From a virus (lineage: Duplodnaviria; Caudoviricetes): 64,000 bases of DNA. The translations under genes were made by a program, and so were the position numbers. The notes under the pieces are model-generated. The model was not told the origin of the DNA. It was given only the letters and a program-made list of their open reading frames with translations, and made no database searches. Positions 60,124 to 64,000 of the stretch are shown one piece after another. Where the stretch lies: IMG/VR virus record IMGVR_UViG_3300037455_000173, positions 1-64,000 of that record, one strand, 5' to 3'. How positions within the stretch are numbered: position 1 is the first letter of the stretch; the number at the start of each line of letters is the position of its first letter.

Positions 60124-61484
60124 CCGACTATACGGTCGATACGGTCATTACGACCCGATAGCTTGTCCGCCCTCAAGATAACGTCTGAGTTATTTATCAT
60201 CTGTTTAGCGATTCTCGCAACCGCTTCTGCATTAGCCAAAGCCTTAGCATGCTCTTCTGGCTGCGTCTGGGTATCCAGTACATCGGAAAGAGCACGAGAC
60301 AGGCAGTCCTGCAACTCAATCATAGTCATATTCTAGTCCTCCTTATTGAAAATCCGTGCTGCCTTCTCTGCGATTCGCGTTGCGGTTGGTAAACCTACTT
60401 CCCAGCCGATGTACTTTCTGTGGCAGTCTTCGCAGCCTTCGAACCGTTGCTCTTCATTACCACGACAGTTGTCGCAGTAGGCGTGGCGTAATTCATGTTG
60501 AATGAACTTAATCAGTTCTGTTTGCTTTTTATCATTCATGGTCATTCTCCTCTCCAATAAGCGCACGGGCTTCATCAGCGTAACGCCACTTAAAGCTGTC
60601 ATCGTAAGCACAGTTCTGTCTTTGTTTTATACACTCACTGCAATTATAATCTTCATCACACGGTAGAAACATATTCAGTACGTTTGCCGCAGATTTCAGA
60701 ATCCGCTTTGTTTCTACCAGCTCCGCTACTGTATCTCTCAGCATTTTATCACGCTTTTCGAGTGCTTTCTGATTTTCTTCTGCACAATCTTGATATCCTT
60801 GCAAATAGATAAGAGCCTGTTCATCGGTATACCCATACTTTTCTTTTATGCGGCTAAATATACCCTTTATGAGTTTCTGTAATTCGTTCTCAGCCATTTT
60901 CATCACCTCCTGACAAATAGCCTGTCATGTTTTTCAACAAGGTTTCTACTTCATGCCTTGTTGATGTGTTTTCAATTTCGCATTCGAGCAGATATCCTAA
61001 TACTCGGTTACACACTCTAATGATGCTTTTGGCTTCTTTCAACTCCGTCAACCACTCGGCAAGCTGTCTGTGGTCTGCGGCGCATTTTGTGCAACCCATA
61101 TCTTTGCCATTCTTTAAACTCATGCAATTTTTCATTCCGTCACAAGGGCAAGGACATAGTGAATATAATCTGCTCTGCTCTTCTGCCACTTCAAGGCAGT
61201 GAGAAATTGCTTCATCTATTGTCATTCAGCTCACCGTCCTTTTTCTTCCTAAAGACTATCTCATATTCCGAGTTAGGATAGCTAATAATTCTCTCTAAGC
61301 TTTGACCACTTTCAAGCTCTGTTTCTTCTGCGGATTCTTCATACTGCTCTTGCATCCACGCCCAAAAAGCGGCGACAACTTCATCAGTAACGTCAGACTT
61401 ATTAACCCACCGTTTCTTATCCTTTGTGAGCGTTCCTGCGTATATAACACCTGCAAAGCCTATACCAACATGATACTCTGCCAT
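60120..61484 (-). CDS. Five small early genes (60120..60329, 60333..60611, 60532..60906, 60890..61225, 61212..61484)
   Basis: Packed ORFs typical of Firmicutes phages. Confidence 0.65.
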
Positions 61485-61512
61485 TTTTCATTCCTCCCAT
61501 AAAAGTGAAATT

Positions 61513-61680
61513 CTATTCGTATCTCTTGCTGTCAGGACCATCTGCACATTGAATTATCATGTCGCAAGGATAGCCATGTAGTGGACAATATAATTCTGTT
61601 CCTCCTTGAAAGTCTTCTGCTTCTGTGGACTTAGAACATTTCTTACAACGTTCTAATCTTTGTAATTCTGAATCTGTCAT
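61513..61680 (-). CDS. Cys-containing protein, 55 aa (MTDSELQRLERCKKC…), absent from the ORF track
   Basis: ATGA coupling; translated by hand. Confidence 0.6.
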   Translation of the reverse strand: MTDSELQRLERCKKCSKSTEAEDFQGGTELYCPLHGYPCDMIIQCADGPDSKRYE

Positions 61681-63202
61681 TCTACATCACCTTCCTTTAA
61701 GTCCATCTTTGCACCACAGTTAGGACAGAAAGCATATGACGATACTCTGCCGAATTTGCTGTGTGTATCATTTTTACAGTTGGTACAATCAGCCCACCAG
61801 ACATCATCTTCTAGATATTCATTTACCCACCGTCCGTGGCATATAGTCTGAACATCTGCGGGAGGTATTTCCGATATTACAATATTAACAGCACTCTTAA
61901 GCCAAGCAATCAATTCTGGATACTTCCGCATATCATCAGCATACTTGCTATGCATAGCCTTTTCTACGTCTGATTTTCTTATATATCCATCAGCCATCTT
62001 CACTACCTCCCGTTATATCTACGCCTGTATCTTTGGCTTCGCTCTCTATCCAACTATCATAGATTTCAGTTTCTTCATCGGTAAGGCTTCGCATAGTATT
62101 GTCTGTATCTTTCCGTTCATCATAATAGGATATGGTTAGCCTATCTAATGAGATATCTGTACATAATCCAGATAGTAGTATTTCGCTTATATATTTCTGA
62201 CAGCAGTTGACGCCGCAAAACTCTTGATAATGCGTGTGATTATCAACAACGTCTTTAACCTTATACACTTTCAGAAATGAATTGTTCTTAGAAATATTTT
62301 CTTTTCTGCCTTTATATACCGCACCGCAATAGTCACAGGTAAATATTTCCCATTGTTCTCTCATTTCAATCCTCCATTGGGATTCTCCATCGGCTTAAAT
62401 TCTGCACCTTCATACTTAGGGGGTTCAGGAAGCGGTTGCCAGTGTGTGACTTCTCCCCATTCATACATGGTCTTATCATCATCAGTTGTCCAATAATTAC
62501 CATCTTCAGCATCATAGCAGTAATACGCAACAGCGCATCTACCATTGTCTCTCAGAATAAGAACTGATTCAGATGTCATACTTCTTCTATCTACTATAGG
62601 CGGTGGATTCTTTTGAGCATTTATCCACCTATCAACAAGCTGTACGTTTGTGGACTTCTTCTCGATACATTCAGTCATACAGTCAATTGCTACATTATAG
62701 CTTTCTGTTCTAATACAGTCAAGTCGCATGAAGTTATAGCTAAAATCACGCTGCGCTCTTTCTATATCGTCTACCGTCCAATTAAACTCAGCCATGTTCA
62801 TTCCTCCTTAGCTTTATACTCTGCAACGAGCCGTCTTAGCGTGTCGCAGCGTCCTGCCTCGATTTCTTTAGCACAGACATTGCAGTTTCCGGTACAGATA
62901 TCTGTACCGCAAAAGTTCTGTTTCCACTTGCAGTTCTTGACTGCTTCTTGCAGCATCTCTTCGGTTAATTCTGGCATAATAGTACCTCCTTTCGTATCGA
63001 ACACACTCGGTACGATTACAATAGCATCATCAGGTAATCCGCGTTGTCTCAGAACGTCATGCCACCCGTCAGGGTCGCTTTCATACTGCTTACGAGTCAG
63101 GAACAGATGTACCTTCTTCGGTTTGCCGGGGTCGTGGAACATTCTAGCAGCGGCTTCCTCGAGTGCTTTCTTGAGTCCTTCTTTATACTTCTTGCTAGAC
63201 AC
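61677..63202 (-). CDS. Four early genes: Zn-ribbon protein (61677..62003), CxxC protein (61990..62364), DUF551-like protein (62361..62801), 62798..63202
   Basis: HGRW…CTNC…FCPNCGAKMD; VTHWQPLPEPP. Confidence 0.7.
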
Positions 63203-63228
63203 GGTATCAACTCCTTTACTGTATCTAT

Positions 63229-63261
63229 ATTATAACATATTGCGGTGTGAATAACGAAGTT
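63229..63261 (-). promoter_or_regulatory. Class I promoter
   Basis: AACTTCG-N20-TATAAT. Confidence 0.85.
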
Positions 63262-63314
63262 GCGGTACGTATGATGTCTGGGATTTTGTGCAGAATCTGT
63301 GCTGCTGAAAAACC

Positions 63315-63348
63315 GGGAGTCGGGAGTCTGGGAGGTTTGGGAATCGGG
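63315..63348 (+). other. Potential G-quadruplex (five GGG runs, 4-6-nt loops)
   Basis: GGGagtcGGGagtctGGGaggtttGGGaatcGGG. Confidence 0.55.
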
Positions 63349-63357
63349 AACGACTAC

Positions 63358-63439
63358 CTGACAGCTGACAACTGACAGCTGACAACTGACAGCTGACAAC
63401 TGACAGCTGACAACTGACAGCTGACAACTGACAGCTGAC
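63358..63439. repeat. Tandem repeat (CTGACAG CTGACAA)n: 11 full 7-mers plus a partial
   Basis: Read directly. Confidence 0.95.
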
Positions 63440-63699
63440 GGTTCACAGCTTTACGGTTTAGTCAAACACCGATTTCTGGCGCTCAGCTTTCGGCTTCTAG
63501 CTCACAGCTTTAAGGTCCTGATTTCTAGCTCCCAGCTTTAAGGTTCAGGTAGCTGGATATGGAGACTTTTCTGAAAATTCCTGTCAGAGAAAAAACACAA
63601 AAAGCGGGTCCGTAGTATCGGAATACCGTTGAAAGGTATTTCAAAACCCGAATTTCTACCGGTATTTTCAGGCGGTTTTGCTGTGATATATCCGGTTAA

Positions 63700-63759
63700 A
63701 ACTTCGGTATCTGCTGCTAGATATGTTATATAACACATCTAGCACATATACTCGAAGCT
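63700..63759. promoter_or_regulatory. Two opposed class I-like elements sharing a palindromic -10 (AACTTCG-N20-TATATA-N20-CGAAGCT)
   Basis: Spacing counted on both strands; 30-bp near-palindrome at 63715-63744. Confidence 0.6.
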
Positions 63760-63770
63760 CCTATAGCCTA

Positions 63771-63797
63771 AAGGAAAGGGCAGCTACCTGCTGCCCT
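63771..63797 (-). terminator. Rho-independent terminator
   Basis: AGGGCAGC-loop-GCTGCCCT followed by TTCCTT on the - strand. Confidence 0.7.
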
Positions 63798-63803
63798 GCT
63801 AGA

Positions 63804-63998
63804 TTAATCGGGGTAGCACGCTGCCCTTCGAGCGTCGGACCACTTTTTATACAGGTCAGCATCCTGCACAGCACTTGGGCCGTAGGCGTTGACACTTTCG
63901 GCGTTAACCTTGCCAGGTGTCTCGGCACACAGCAGACAGATGTCAAAAAGCAGACCGTCGGAGTCACGCTTCCAGCACAAACGCACGTTGATTGAGGT
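63804..63998 (-). CDS. 3' end of a hypothetical gene that begins beyond the window
   Basis: Frame open to the window edge; followed by a terminator. Confidence 0.5.
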   Translation of the reverse strand, partial: TSINVRLCWKRDSDGLLFDICLLCAETPGKVNAESVNAYGPSAVQDADLYKKWSDARRAACYPD

Positions 63999-64000
63999 AG

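Noticed and set aside
20286-62139. Numerous short + strand ORFs within the - strand gene blocks
   Set aside because: Antisense shadows of well-supported genes; no RBSs; low-complexity translations.
62613-63254. 213-aa + strand ORF
   Set aside because: Antisense to two RBS-supported genes downstream of a - strand promoter.
9472-63399. Recurring peptide 'CYNIGTV/CYNIDTV' in several ORF-track entries (9472.., 45724.., 52432.., 58699.., 63097..)
   Set aside because: It is the translation of the promoter DNA TGTTATAATATAGGTAC, not a protein motif; the affected starts were moved downstream.
63097-63427. ORFs reading 'MSAVSCQLSVVSCQ…'
   Set aside because: Translations of the tandem repeat; no RBS; they run across a promoter.
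63358-63439. Possible CRISPR array
   Set aside because: 7/14-bp tandem units with no unique spacers and no cas genes.
1-64000. Stop-codon reassignment, tRNA genes, integrase
   Set aside because: Conserved genes are full length in the standard code; no cloverleaf or T-loop signature and no recombinase motif were recognised by eye. tRNAscan-SE would be needed to exclude tRNAs.

Overview
A 64-kb piece of a large, AT-rich tailed phage genome with a contractile tail (myovirus) and a T4-like head module. The host is probably a Bacillota/Firmicutes bacterium, inferred from GGAGG ribosome-binding sites and from YodL, BspA and GH25/M23 domains. Layout: (i) 1-7.9 kb (+): cell-wall-degrading and tail-tip genes, including three paralogues; (ii) 7.9-18.9 kb (+): glycosyltransferase, endonuclease IV-like protein, DUF932, SbcCD and a family A DNA polymerase; (iii) 19-45.7 kb (-): tail tube, HU, sheath, neck, capsid, prohead protease, portal, an intein-containing terminase and many acidic putative internal-head proteins; (iv) 45.9-63.2 kb (-): dUTPase, NAD-dependent ligase, a macrodomain protein and about 45 small early genes; (v) a repeat-rich non-coding region at 63.26-63.76 kb. 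The most interesting signals seen directly in the sequence are: a recurring [LF]-[ND]-[SC]-[SA] ('LNSS') motif in about 15 head-region proteins (candidate prohead-protease processing code); an A_AAA_AAG -1 frameshift site that would fuse two of them into a 936-aa polyprotein; 13 copies, plus a back-to-back pair, of a non-canonical promoter AACTTCG-N20-TATAAT; and a second exact bipartite motif, AGCACGCTA-N24-ATGTATAA, in three copies. All functional calls come from motif recognition by eye; no database searches were run.
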